Assembly: GCA_049322915.1 (NCBI GenBank)
Contig: JBMOPW010000001.1
Span: 78,193-142,192, forward strand
Reading direction: 5' to 3'
Origin: Candidatus Zhuqueibacterota bacterium
GTDB lineage: Bacteria > Zhuqueibacterota > Zhuqueibacteria > Thermofontimicrobiales > Thermofontimicrobiaceae
Length of the DNA: 64,000 nucleotides
Positions within the stretch are counted from its first letter, which is position 1. Each line of letters opens with the position of its first letter. Of this stretch, positions 27,960 to 38,306 are shown piece after piece. The notes under the pieces were generated by a model. That model did no database searches. It saw only the letters and a program-made list of their open reading frames with translations, and was not told the origin of the DNA. The position numbers and the translations under genes were made by a program.

Positions 27960-28394
27960 ATGCAGTGCCAAAGGGATACTATTCTGTATTTAACCAGCAG
28001 AAGGAACGCTATTGATACGAATTTGTGCCAACACATTTTACATGCATCCTATCGGTTCTTGTGGGCGAGTTCCATAGATGATGCATGGATTAAGGCATCC
28101 TATCACGATGTAAAGCTTGTCTTGATCGATAGTAATCTGTATGGGATTAAAGGAATTGATGTTGCAAAAATATTAAAAAGAAATTATCCCGAGATAGGCA
28201 TTATCATATTAACGGCTTTTGAAGAATATTCACCGGACCTCATTAAACTTGATGAGGGAGTTCTATTCTTTCTGAAGCCCTATAATGCCGCGGAAGTTGT
28301 GAAGGCCATACGTTACTTGATTAAGAAACAACACACGTATAATTTCTCTCAATACGAGGTCCCAGTTTTGAGGCAATCCCTGAGCTTCAATTGA
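27960..28394 (+). CDS. Single-domain response regulator (atypical receiver)
   Basis: LVLIDSNL..IKG, IIILTA, FLKP. The N-terminal acidic pair is missing. Confidence 0.75.
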   Translation: MQCQRDTILYLTSRRNAIDTNLCQHILHASYRFLWASSIDDAWIKASYHDVKLVLIDSNLYGIKGIDVAKILKRNYPEIGIIILTAFEEYSPDLIKLDEGVLFFLKPYNAAEVVKAIRYLIKKQHTYNFSQYEVPVLRQSLSFN

Positions 28395-28684
28395 GATTCA
28401 CTGGTAAGGCCTTTGTCACTTTGCTTCCCTGAATCCTGACTTCACCTTCGATTGGTTAATTTACTCTATTTGACCAATCGCTTTCTTTTTCTGATAATCT
28501 ATTGTGAATATTTTGTCATATATACTAATTTACCTGCAAAATTAGTTGACAACATAAAAAAAGACTTTTTAAAATAAAAAAATAATTATTATTAAATCAA
28601 CTTAATAAACGACTTCAAATTGCTTTATTGAATTTTATTGCTATATTATAGTGACCCAGACAGTTTAACCAAGAGAGGTGACTT

Positions 28685-28957
28685 ATGGTTAAAAAAATTT
28701 TGGCCACTATAATATGCATGCTGTTTGTTCTCAGTTTTCTAAACGTTTCGTTCGCTAAAAATTATCTGTCTCCCAGTTCAGCCTTTGAAAACGCGAAGTT
28801 AAAGCTCGGTGATGTCGTTGAAAAAGGTTACCAACGTATTATTTCTTTCGGAATACAGGGCGATTGGTCGGTATTAATAAATGGTATGGATCCATTACCG
28901 GATCCTCCCATGCCGCCGCCTCCTCCGCCTCCTCCGCCGAAACAGGGCGGCAATTAG
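28685..28957 (+). CDS. Small secreted protein with a C-terminal poly-proline tract
   Basis: Signal peptide ending VSFA; C-terminus DPLPDPPM-P9-KQGGN; RBS GAGGTG; promoter-like TTGCTT-16-TATATT upstream. Confidence 0.7.
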   Translation: MVKKILATIICMLFVLSFLNVSFAKNYLSPSSAFENAKLKLGDVVEKGYQRIISFGIQGDWSVLINGMDPLPDPPMPPPPPPPPPKQGGN

Positions 28958-29002
28958 TCGTATTTTTTGTGAATCGGGAACATAAACTGTCTGGGAATCT
29001 TT

Positions 29003-30073
29003 ATGTTAGTAAAAAGGAATACGCTCTTTTCATTAATTATTAATGCCTGGTTCATTTTCAATTTATTCCTCATTGTTATATCCAATTTTCCTCATTGGCC
29101 GATCCCTACAACATCTTGGCTGAATCATTCCCTTTACTTTTTATTATTCTTACTGACAACGACAGTTGCAATTAAGGAAAAGAATGCTCGTGAGATATTC
29201 ATCCTCTTATCCATTTTGTTTCTGCTCTTTGCTGCAGGAATTTTTCATTCGTTCACAGGAAACAATTATCTGTTTGGCGATGATTACTTCGTCTACTATC
29301 TTCTGACGTATAAAAAAGTGGGCTTTTCATTTTTGGTCTTGCTCATCATCACCCAGATTTTACTGCGGTATATTCAAAAAGGGCAGTCAAAATATTTTGT
29401 CCTGGGACAATCACTTCTGGTCAGCGCCGTCGTTACGTACATTCTTTTCCGAAATTTTTTACTCGACCGAAATTATCTGCTCTATGAAAATGTCGGATTG
29501 AAGTCGTTGTATTTCCATGTGTTGATCATCAATGTCATCTTGTTCCTTTTAATAGGGGTATATTGTTTTTTACGGTATCGACTAAAAAGGCCGAATGGGG
29601 AAACATTAGGTCTATTCATAGCAGCTTTCTTTTTATATGTGGTGATTGAAATAGGGGATTCGTATCTTTCTTTTTTGGGCAAGAAAAATTTTAATGTGAG
29701 TCAATTGGTTTTAATCGTAAATTTGCTCATCTTTGTTGTGGTGATGCTGAGGAAGCTTATTCATTTGTATTCCCCATTCGGCAATTACTATGAAAGGCTT
29801 ATACTGGCAAAACTAAATTTAATGAATGTCCCTGCAACTGGAGTTCATGAGGCGAATCGGAGTTTGATGACGACAACGGCCAAATACATTTTGAGAATGA
29901 ATTATGTTTCGCCCATCAAACTGTTTTTTATTTCTCTCATTCCCAATATGTTGTATCTGCCGCTGTACATGAAAATTACTATTTTCATGATCCTGTTTTG
30001 CATGGCGACATTCATTGCCTTCTATCAGGCGTTGTACAGAAGCAGGATACGCCATAGAGGATATCTTCAATAA
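29003..30073 (+). CDS. Polytopic membrane protein of unknown function
   Basis: About 9-10 hydrophobic segments; AT-rich; 45 nt downstream of the poly-Pro gene. Confidence 0.75.
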   Translation: MLVKRNTLFSLIINAWFIFNLFLIVISNFPHWPIPTTSWLNHSLYFLLFLLTTTVAIKEKNAREIFILLSILFLLFAAGIFHSFTGNNYLFGDDYFVYYLLTYKKVGFSFLVLLIITQILLRYIQKGQSKYFVLGQSLLVSAVVTYILFRNFLLDRNYLLYENVGLKSLYFHVLIINVILFLLIGVYCFLRYRLKRPNGETLGLFIAAFFLYVVIEIGDSYLSFLGKKNFNVSQLVLIVNLLIFVVVMLRKLIHLYSPFGNYYERLILAKLNLMNVPATGVHEANRSLMTTTAKYILRMNYVSPIKLFFISLIPNMLYLPLYMKITIFMILFCMATFIAFYQALYRSRIRHRGYLQ

Positions 30074-30110
30074 TTCGCCGGGCACTTTTTCAGTTATTTG
30101 GCGCAATATG

Positions 30111-30147
30111 AACCCTTGTTAAGGCCTGACCTTAAAAGGGTTTTTTT
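30111..30147 (+). terminator. Intrinsic terminator
   Basis: aaccctt-g-ttaagg-cctga-ccttaa-aagggtt followed by a T-run. Confidence 0.75.
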
Positions 30148-30314
30148 GTTCTTGCGAACACCATATTCAGTTCGCTGCTGGTGTGGATGTTGGTCGGCTA
30201 TGCTAAAAAATTTTACTGGATTGTTTTGTTAAAAATTATTACATTGTTCGGCCGATTTTCCCGCTTGCGGGAATTCGGGGACTAACACATCGTTCATTAA
30301 TATTGGAGATTAGA

Positions 30315-31748
30315 ATGGACCAACAGATTCGCGACGTTTTTAAAACGGCTCATGAACAAAATGTTGAGATGGTTGATTTGAAATTCTGTGATTTATTTGG
30401 TCGATGGCATCACATCACGATTCCCATTAGTCAGTTCGATGAAACTGTATTCACGCGTGGAATAGCATTTGATGGATCGAGCGTACCAGGTTTCAAAAAG
30501 CTGGAAGCCGGCGATATGGTGCTCATTCCTGATGTGAATTCACTGCTGTTTGATAAATTCTGGCATCAAAAAACGATGAGTTTCATTTGTTCCGCTTACG
30601 AAGCCGACACTATGGAATTGTTTAAAAATGATCCGCGCAATATTGCATTTCGCGCTGAGCAGTTCCTGAAGCAGACCGGAATTGCGGACGTGAGTTATTG
30701 GAGTCCTGAATTTGAATTTTATATTTTCGATAATATAACGTATGTGAACGATATTAATCTGGCAGCCTATCAGGTCGATTCGGAGGAGGCTGACTGGAAT
30801 ACCGGCTATGATGAAGCGCAAAACCTGGGGCACAAGATCCCTCGCCAGGGTGGCTATCATGCCATTCCGCCTCTCGATAATTTGTACAATCTGCGGGCAG
30901 AGATGGTGAAGCAAATCGAGCAGTGCTGCATTCCGGTTCGGTATCATCATCACGAAGTCGGCGGGCCGGGGCAATCGGAGATCGAAATCCATCATCATCC
31001 ACTGCTGCGCGCAGGGGATGTGACAATGACGATCAAATATATCATTCGAATGGTGGCTAAGGAGAATCGGAAAACCGTGACGTTCATGCCCAAGCCGTTA
31101 TACAATGAAGCGGGAAGTGGCATGCATTTTCACATCAAATTGGAGAAACAGGGACAGCCTGTGTTTTATGACGCCAATGGTTATGCCGGGCTGAGTCAGA
31201 CTGCGCTCTATTTCATCGGCGGTATTTTGAAACATGGGCCGGCGTTGCTGGCGTTCACCAATCCGAGCACGAATTCATACAAACGTCTGGTCCCGGGATT
31301 CGAAGCGCCGGTCAAAGCCATTTTCGGTTTGGCCAACCGCAGCGCAGCGATTCGCATTCCCAAATATGCCAATACGCCGGAGACAAAGCGGTTCGAATTC
31401 CGCCCCTCCGATGCTACCTGCAATGTTTACCTGGCGCTGTCGGCGCTGTTGATGGCCGGCATCGATGGTGTAAAAAAGAAAATTGATCCGACTAAAGAGG
31501 GATTCGGACCCTATGATATCAACGTGTTCAATTTGCCGAAGCAGGACCAGGATAAAATTAAATCGCTGCCGACTTCGTTGAAAGAGGCGATGGACTGCCT
31601 TCAAAATGACCATGAGTTCCTGCTGGATGGAGCGATTTTTTCACCTCAGCTCATTGAAACATGGGTTGATCATAAGCTGAAACACGAATTTAACGAAGTG
31701 CGAAACAGGCCTCATCCCTACGAAATGAGTTTGTATTACGATCTATGA
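30315..31748 (+). CDS. glnA: Glutamine synthetase type I
   Basis: FDGSS, HHHEVG..GQSEI, TFMPKP...GSGMHFH, NSYKRLVPGFEAP, NRSAAIRIP. Confidence 0.96.
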   Translation: MDQQIRDVFKTAHEQNVEMVDLKFCDLFGRWHHITIPISQFDETVFTRGIAFDGSSVPGFKKLEAGDMVLIPDVNSLLFDKFWHQKTMSFICSAYEADTMELFKNDPRNIAFRAEQFLKQTGIADVSYWSPEFEFYIFDNITYVNDINLAAYQVDSEEADWNTGYDEAQNLGHKIPRQGGYHAIPPLDNLYNLRAEMVKQIEQCCIPVRYHHHEVGGPGQSEIEIHHHPLLRAGDVTMTIKYIIRMVAKENRKTVTFMPKPLYNEAGSGMHFHIKLEKQGQPVFYDANGYAGLSQTALYFIGGILKHGPALLAFTNPSTNSYKRLVPGFEAPVKAIFGLANRSAAIRIPKYANTPETKRFEFRPSDATCNVYLALSALLMAGIDGVKKKIDPTKEGFGPYDINVFNLPKQDQDKIKSLPTSLKEAMDCLQNDHEFLLDGAIFSPQLIETWVDHKLKHEFNEVRNRPHPYEMSLYYDL

Positions 31749-31865
31749 TGAATCGATGTGCGACAGGGATCGTTGGCGATGACTGGGAAAAGATTGAATC
31801 GAAAAGTTACATCAATGCCGACCAGTCTCTGTCGATGCAATTTTTAACAGGTGCAATACAGGGGC

Positions 31866-32528
31866 ATGACTGATAATAACACGACATTTCAGGTATTTAC
31901 AGACTTCGATGGGACCGTTGCGCTGAATGATGTGGGGGATAAATTTTTTGAACGGTTCATCGGCCCTGACTGGATAATCGCCAATGAAAATTACAAGGCA
32001 GGGAAAATTACATCGAAACTGTACCTCATCGAGCAGTGCCAATTGGCTCGCGTTACCAGACAACAAATGACCGAGTTCAGCGATGAGCAACAGATCGATC
32101 CCCATTTCCAGTATCTCGTTGATTTCTGCCGGAATAAAAACTACCCCATCACAGTATTGAGCGATGGACTTGATTTTTACATCCAGCGCATTCTTGATAA
32201 TTTTGGGTTGAGCGATTTGGCCATCCGTTCGAATCATGTCAAATTTTTAGACGGCAATCGTATTGCCGTGGAGTTCCCCTATTTTGAATACGGCTGCCAG
32301 GCTTGCGCCAATTGCAAAGGGTACCATATTCGGAATATCCCTGGCAATGGAACCAGGACAGTTCAAATCGGGGATGGGCTCTCGGATCGCTGCGGGGCAG
32401 TTGAAGCGGATTTCATTTTCGCCAAAAATGATCTGGTCGAATTCTGTAAAAAGCATGATCTCAGTTATTTTGAATATTCGAATTTCAATGATATTCTGTT
32501 AAAATTAAAAACCCTCGACACTGAATAG
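31866..32528 (+). CDS. MtnX-like HAD-IB phosphatase
   Basis: DFDGT, VLSDG, C..CANCK, IGDGLSD. Confidence 0.88.
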   Translation: MTDNNTTFQVFTDFDGTVALNDVGDKFFERFIGPDWIIANENYKAGKITSKLYLIEQCQLARVTRQQMTEFSDEQQIDPHFQYLVDFCRNKNYPITVLSDGLDFYIQRILDNFGLSDLAIRSNHVKFLDGNRIAVEFPYFEYGCQACANCKGYHIRNIPGNGTRTVQIGDGLSDRCGAVEADFIFAKNDLVEFCKKHDLSYFEYSNFNDILLKLKTLDTE

Positions 32529-32543
32529 ACCGGTGCACGCGAC

Positions 32544-33878
32544 GTGGATTTGTTTGAACAAGAAAAACGATCGGCATCGAACTCGGCGGCGCGGCCATTG
32601 GCCGAGCGAATGCGACCGCAGCGGCTGGATCAATTCATCGGACAGCAGCATCTGGTGGCGCCGGGAAAGGTACTTCGCGAAGCCATTGAGCAGGACCGAC
32701 TGGTATCCATGATTTTCTGGGGGCCGCCCGGCGTTGGCAAAACGACGCTGGCGCGGATCATTGCCGGGGAGACGAAATCCGAGTTCTTCTCCATCAGCGC
32801 CGTCACTTCGGGCGTGGGCGATGTTCGAAAGATCATTGAGAAGGCGGGATTCAACCGGGATCAACTGGGCCGGCGAACGATTCTTTTCATCGATGAAATT
32901 CACCGGTTCAATAAAGCGCAGCAAGATGCGCTGCTGCACTGCGTGGAGGACGGGACAATTTTGCTCATCGGTGCGACGACAGAGAATCCATCGTTCGAGG
33001 TTATTTCTCCGCTGCTGTCCCGATGCCGTGTGTACACGCTGAAAAATTTCAGCGATGATGAAGTCCGAAAAATTGTTCAACGGGCCATGGAAACGGATCC
33101 TGTGTTGCAGGAGATGAATGTCCGCGCGGACGTGGACACAATGGACACAATTGTCCGGCAGGCTGGCGGAGACGCGCGAATTGCATTGAATGCGCTGGAA
33201 CTGGCAGCGCAACTTGCAATCCAGGATTCAGGCGGGCTGCGGCGTATCACCAAAGACCTGATGGCGGAAGTCCTGCAACGACGCATGCAAATTTACGACA
33301 AAAAAGGGGACTTCCACTACGACGTCATTTCAGCGTTCATCAAGAGCATTCGAGGCAGCGATCCGGACGCCGCGGTCTACTGGCTGGCGCACATGCTGGA
33401 AGGCGGCGAGGATCCCAAATTCATCGCGCGACGGATGATCATTGCAGCTTCGGAGGACATTGGCAATGCGCATCCACAGGCGCTGGTGATTGCCACCACA
33501 GCGTTCACCGCTGTCGATTATGTGGGTATGCCGGAAGCCCGGATTATCTTATCCCAGGCTGCGACCTATTTGGCCTCAGTCCCCAAAAGCAACGCGGCGT
33601 ATCTGGCCATTGAGGCGGCATCCAAGGATGTGAAAAATTCGCCACCAGAGCCAGTTCCGCTTCATCTCCGAAATGCTCCGACGCAATTGATGAAACAACA
33701 GGGCCACGGTGAGGGTTACCAATATCCGCATGACTTCCCGGCTCATTTTGTTGAAGCGCAGTATCTCCCCGAAAACAAAAAATCTGCTATTTACTATCAT
33801 CCAACCGGGCAGGGTTTCGAAAAGTCGCTCGCCGAGAGGCTGAATCAATTGTGGAAGAGGCGGCGCCACTCCGAATGA
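32544..33878 (+). CDS. rarA: Replication-associated recombination protein A (MgsA/RarA)
   Basis: PLAERMRP, WGPPGVGKTT, DEIHRFNKAQQD, SAFIKSIRGSDPDAA, VPLHLRNAPT. Confidence 0.96.
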   Translation: MDLFEQEKRSASNSAARPLAERMRPQRLDQFIGQQHLVAPGKVLREAIEQDRLVSMIFWGPPGVGKTTLARIIAGETKSEFFSISAVTSGVGDVRKIIEKAGFNRDQLGRRTILFIDEIHRFNKAQQDALLHCVEDGTILLIGATTENPSFEVISPLLSRCRVYTLKNFSDDEVRKIVQRAMETDPVLQEMNVRADVDTMDTIVRQAGGDARIALNALELAAQLAIQDSGGLRRITKDLMAEVLQRRMQIYDKKGDFHYDVISAFIKSIRGSDPDAAVYWLAHMLEGGEDPKFIARRMIIAASEDIGNAHPQALVIATTAFTAVDYVGMPEARIILSQAATYLASVPKSNAAYLAIEAASKDVKNSPPEPVPLHLRNAPTQLMKQQGHGEGYQYPHDFPAHFVEAQYLPENKKSAIYYHPTGQGFEKSLAERLNQLWKRRRHSE

Positions 33879-34011
33879 CACCCGGGGAACTTTGTTTTCA
33901 GCCGCGGGTAAAATGGACAGCCTTCAGTTTTAAAGGGGACATACCCTGTAATTTCTTCAACTTGAACAACAAAATATTTTCAACAGACATGAATAACTGA
34001 ATCTGGCAGCA

Positions 34012-36723
34012 ATGAACATTCGATTCCCTTTATCAATATTTTGCCTTTCCATTATTTCACTGACCATGCCAGGGCGCGCCTGTTCCGTTGAAATAATCCA
34101 GGACAGCACTCGGCAACAACAGGAGCAATTACAACAAAAGTTATCCGCCGTGTCGCTGCCGGATAGCGCTGCTGTTGTCGATTCTTTGTCCGGCCAGATC
34201 GATTCCGTAAAAACGCCGCCGCAGTCCTCAGTAGGCTTGGATACCATCCTGAAATACAATGCTCAGAGCATCGATGTCAGCGTCAAAGAGAATAAAATTT
34301 ACCTCGTCGGCAAAGCCGATGTGTTGTATAAGGCCATGCATTTGACGGCTGAAAAAATAACCGTGGACTGGACCAAAAATACGCTCACCGCTGAAGGGGT
34401 TCCGGACACCGTCTGGACGAAATCGGAAAACCGGAGCGATTCGGTCATGACTGTCCGCTGGCGAGGCCTGCCAGTATTGGCCGATGCCGGCGATGTGATG
34501 AATGGTTTCAGAATGACCTATAATTTCGATACCGAGAAAGGCATCGTCGAAAAGGGGAGAACTGAATTTGAGGGCGGCTATTATTCAGGGCAGAGCATCA
34601 AAAAGGTCGGCCGGGACGTGATCAATTTTTCCAATGGGTATTTCACATCCTGCGATAAAGACGAGGACCCGCATTATCATTTCCGAAGCCGGCGCATCAA
34701 GGTGCTGATCGGGGACAAGGTGATTGCCAAACCTGTCATTTTATATTTCGGCCATATGCCGGTGGCGGCCCTGCCATTTGCTGTTTTCCCCAACAAGAAA
34801 GGGCGGCATTCCGGAGTGATTGTACCCACTTACGGGGAGAGTTCCTACGAAGGTCGATTCATTCGGGGATTAGGCTACTATTGGGCGCCCAACGACTATT
34901 TCGATACCAGCATGAAAGTGGACTATTTCGACCGCAGCGGCTGGATTCTCCGCGGCGATCTGAATTATGCCTTGCGATATGTTTTGAACGGGCGCGTCTC
35001 CGGTTCGTTCACGCGAAAGGATTTCATCAGCGGCCAGAAACAGCGGCGATGGGATGTAGTTGTCAGTCATCAGCACACCATTGATCCGACCATGCGGTTC
35101 ACTGTCAGCGGCAGCTTTGTCAGCGATGATAAATTTTATAAAGATTTCAGTTCTAACATCAACACAAGGCTGAACCGAAATATTCGCTCCGATGCGACAT
35201 TTTCGAAAAACTGGACCGAGCAACGACTTTCGCTCAGCGCTAATGTATCTCAGGAACGGGATATCGAGACCGGAAAAATTTACCAGGTTCTGCCCCAGGT
35301 TCGACTTAGCATGTCGCAACGGGCGCTATTCAAAAAGACCGATAAACGCGCTAATTCGATGGCGTTGTCCTCTTCAAAAAAAAGTGATGAAAAAAATCCC
35401 TGGTATGAGTCCATCTATTTCTCGTACAGCACGAACATCTATAATAGCGTCACCAGAGGCGGCGGCGATCCGGAGCGGTCGACCCGGTATTTGAATCACA
35501 GTGCAAGTTTGAGCATGAATTCGCCGCAGAAATTTTTCGGCTGGCTGACCATGGGACAGTCCTTCAGTTACCAGGATCGATGGTATGATCGCTACCGGAA
35601 AAATCGTTTTGATGCAGCGACCAATTCGGTCGTCTCGGATACACTTCAGGGATTCGCCTCCAAACGAACATTCTCCTACAATGTGAACGCGACGACCAAT
35701 ATTTATGGAATGTTCGCACCGCGAATCGGCAGGGTTCAGGCGATTCGTCATGTCATTACGCCCAATGTCAGCTTCCAGTACCAACCAAATTTTTCGGACA
35801 CCCAATGGGGCTATGTCGATGTCTTCACGGATACCAGCGGGAATGTCGTAAAAGCGTCCCGATTTCTCGATTCGGTTCCCGGTTCCACTCAGAAAAGCAT
35901 GTCCTTCAGCATCCGGAACTTGTTTCAGATGAAAATGATGGACGGGGAGAAAGAAAAAAAGTTCGACCTGTTCACATTGAATTTCAGCTCCGGGTATGAC
36001 TTTGAGGAGGATTCATTGCGGTTCAGCGATGTGAGTTCATCGTTCCGTTCCACGATCGCCAGAAAATTGAATATCGACTTGTCTGCCAATCACAGTTTCT
36101 ACAAATACGATACGACGTTGAATCGTACGGTGGACCAGTATGTTATTCAAGATTGGAAGAGGGGGAAATTTCTGCGGCTGAACAATCTTCGACTTTCGGC
36201 TTCGATTCAATTCCAGGGTTCCAGGAAGACGGATCCGAATAAAAAGAAAGAGGCAGGGGAGGAGCAGGTTTTTATCGATGAGGCCAGCGGGCAGGTCGTG
36301 TCAGAACAGGAATACTACGATCGCATGTACGAGCCGGGTGGCAACCGCTTCGAGGTGAATGAGGGGTTCTCCGGGCTGGATATTCCCTGGCGCATGTCCC
36401 TGGCGTTCAGCTATTCGCTGAGTAAATACAATCCGGAAAGTCCGACCAAGAATTACTATCTGGATATCACCGGTATGGAAGCGCAACTCACGAAAAACTG
36501 GAAAATCAGTTATACCGCGCATTATGATTTGCAGACAAAACAAGTGGTGAATCATGCGTTCACAATTTACCGGGATTTGCATTGCTGGGAAGCGCGGCTC
36601 ACGTGGCGTCCATCGGGGATCGGAGGCAATTCGTACTACCTGCGCATTAATGTGAAAGCACCGCAGTTGCGCGATTTGAAATACGAACAACGCGGTGGCA
36701 GAAGCAGTGTCTTGAGGTATTAA
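34012..36723 (+). CDS. lptD: Putative LPS-assembly protein LptD
   Basis: Signal peptide; FTSCD...PHYHF; SGVIVPTYG; GLGYYW; beta-rich barrel; C-terminal RDLHCWE...LRDLK. Confidence 0.88.
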   Translation: MNIRFPLSIFCLSIISLTMPGRACSVEIIQDSTRQQQEQLQQKLSAVSLPDSAAVVDSLSGQIDSVKTPPQSSVGLDTILKYNAQSIDVSVKENKIYLVGKADVLYKAMHLTAEKITVDWTKNTLTAEGVPDTVWTKSENRSDSVMTVRWRGLPVLADAGDVMNGFRMTYNFDTEKGIVEKGRTEFEGGYYSGQSIKKVGRDVINFSNGYFTSCDKDEDPHYHFRSRRIKVLIGDKVIAKPVILYFGHMPVAALPFAVFPNKKGRHSGVIVPTYGESSYEGRFIRGLGYYWAPNDYFDTSMKVDYFDRSGWILRGDLNYALRYVLNGRVSGSFTRKDFISGQKQRRWDVVVSHQHTIDPTMRFTVSGSFVSDDKFYKDFSSNINTRLNRNIRSDATFSKNWTEQRLSLSANVSQERDIETGKIYQVLPQVRLSMSQRALFKKTDKRANSMALSSSKKSDEKNPWYESIYFSYSTNIYNSVTRGGGDPERSTRYLNHSASLSMNSPQKFFGWLTMGQSFSYQDRWYDRYRKNRFDAATNSVVSDTLQGFASKRTFSYNVNATTNIYGMFAPRIGRVQAIRHVITPNVSFQYQPNFSDTQWGYVDVFTDTSGNVVKASRFLDSVPGSTQKSMSFSIRNLFQMKMMDGEKEKKFDLFTLNFSSGYDFEEDSLRFSDVSSSFRSTIARKLNIDLSANHSFYKYDTTLNRTVDQYVIQDWKRGKFLRLNNLRLSASIQFQGSRKTDPNKKKEAGEEQVFIDEASGQVVSEQEYYDRMYEPGGNRFEVNEGFSGLDIPWRMSLAFSYSLSKYNPESPTKNYYLDITGMEAQLTKNWKISYTAHYDLQTKQVVNHAFTIYRDLHCWEARLTWRPSGIGGNSYYLRINVKAPQLRDLKYEQRGGRSSVLRY

Positions 36724-36769
36724 CCGCCGGGCTTTTCATGCTGCCCTGCGGTTTCAGCGGCTCGTTGCA

Positions 36770-38209
36770 TTATTTAAATTTACTCATCCATCGGCCCCGT
36801 TCATCTTCCGGGCTGAATACAACCTTTACTTTTTTCTTCGTTTCCGGCGCCGGGGGTGGCACATTCCCAAGCAGCTTTTCTTCTTCGACGACCTTAATCG
36901 TGTTTTCAATATCAAAATTTTTATCCAGCAACTGGTCAAATCCGGCCGTAATCACTGTGTGCTGGTGCGATTCGAGGATGTTATTCAGCAGATCATTCAG
37001 CGGCTGGAAATTGAAATCCTGGGGCTTGCCCTGTTCCATGTAATTTCGAATGTGCTGCTCGGCAGACGTCAATGCATTGAATACAGATTCGTCCGGGGTC
37101 TGATTGTATGAAAGTCGTTCTTTTGCAAGTTTATCCAGCAGCGTTAAACTCGGCTGGACATCTTTCACGTGAAAGCAATTGGCGGCATCGCGGAGTCCGC
37201 TGCACGACTCTTTAATGCGCATGATCGCTTCGCCCGGGGATTGCTCGTCTTTAACTTTTTGCAACGATTGCTTCAGAAAGTCGAGATTTTCGATGGTCTC
37301 TTCCCTGAAGATGTCATTAAAAACCTGTTCTATCTCCTTTGCCTGACTTTCCCGTTGGCTTTTTTTTTGAGCCAATTGCGACAGATCAACATCGATGAGA
37401 TGATTTGCCGGGCTGTCTGTTTGAACGGCGACCGGCGCTGTTTCCATCGCTTCCTCTGGCGATTCCGCGACCGCCGGCTCAGGAGTTTCGGAAAGAACTG
37501 GTTCCTGGTTCTGCATCGGCTCGGGAGCCTGACTCACCAGCTTTTTGTGATTCTCAATTTCCTCCACCAATTTCATGAGCGAATCCAGTTCTTTAATTTC
37601 GAACTGCGGAGGCTGTTTGATTTCCTGCGGCGGGATGGTGGCTGGAATGATGTCGTCATCTGAAGTATCATCAGCTAAAAATTCCAGTTCGGCGAATTCG
37701 GCTGGCAAGGGTGGCGTCTTTTCGCTGGCCGGAGGTTTCGGCTCGTCGGCTGATTGAATGGGCGTCTTGTCGGGCATGATCTCCACAGCCTGTGACGGAT
37801 GCATAGTTTGCGTGATCTCGCGAATGAGTTTTTCTTCTTCAACGTCGTTATCGATTCGCACCATCTGTCGGATGGCTTTCAAAGCGATGTGAACCCGAAG
37901 TCCAATATCTTCGGGCATCGAATTCTGCTCATGAGTGAAATTTGCCATGGCCGAAGCCAGATTAAATGCCAGTGATTCAATACCGGGATAGCCGTACACC
38001 ATAGCCAGATCTTCCATGTTCTCGGCGCATTCCAGAATAGCGCCCACCATAGCGCCATCCAGTTCCTGAACATTTTGTTCCGGTATCAACTGCTCGATAC
38101 TTTTTAAATTGCTCTCAATTTCCTCAAGGCAGTAGGCGTTGAATTCTCTCCGTTGAGTTTCGGTTTTCCCATCACGATCGTTCATATTCATCATCCGACT
38201 CATTTTCAT
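36770..38209 (-). CDS. Hypothetical protein with two degenerate Hpt/CheA-P1-like domains and an acidic Pro-rich linker
   Basis: YCLEEIESNL...ECAENMEDLAMVYG and IFREETIENL...ESCSGLRDAANCFH follow the P1 pattern F..E..E.L...(H)TLKG.A...G. Confidence 0.75.
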   Translation of the reverse strand: MKMSRMMNMNDRDGKTETQRREFNAYCLEEIESNLKSIEQLIPEQNVQELDGAMVGAILECAENMEDLAMVYGYPGIESLAFNLASAMANFTHEQNSMPEDIGLRVHIALKAIRQMVRIDNDVEEEKLIREITQTMHPSQAVEIMPDKTPIQSADEPKPPASEKTPPLPAEFAELEFLADDTSDDDIIPATIPPQEIKQPPQFEIKELDSLMKLVEEIENHKKLVSQAPEPMQNQEPVLSETPEPAVAESPEEAMETAPVAVQTDSPANHLIDVDLSQLAQKKSQRESQAKEIEQVFNDIFREETIENLDFLKQSLQKVKDEQSPGEAIMRIKESCSGLRDAANCFHVKDVQPSLTLLDKLAKERLSYNQTPDESVFNALTSAEQHIRNYMEQGKPQDFNFQPLNDLLNNILESHQHTVITAGFDQLLDKNFDIENTIKVVEEEKLLGNVPPPAPETKKKVKVVFSPEDERGRWMSKFK

Positions 38210-38306
38210 TTTATTCTAATTCACTCCATGTTACATCACCATAGGTGGAACACAGCTCCAGCCATAAATATTTCTCGACGAAAACCATTTTCGATGAGCC
38301 ATGATT

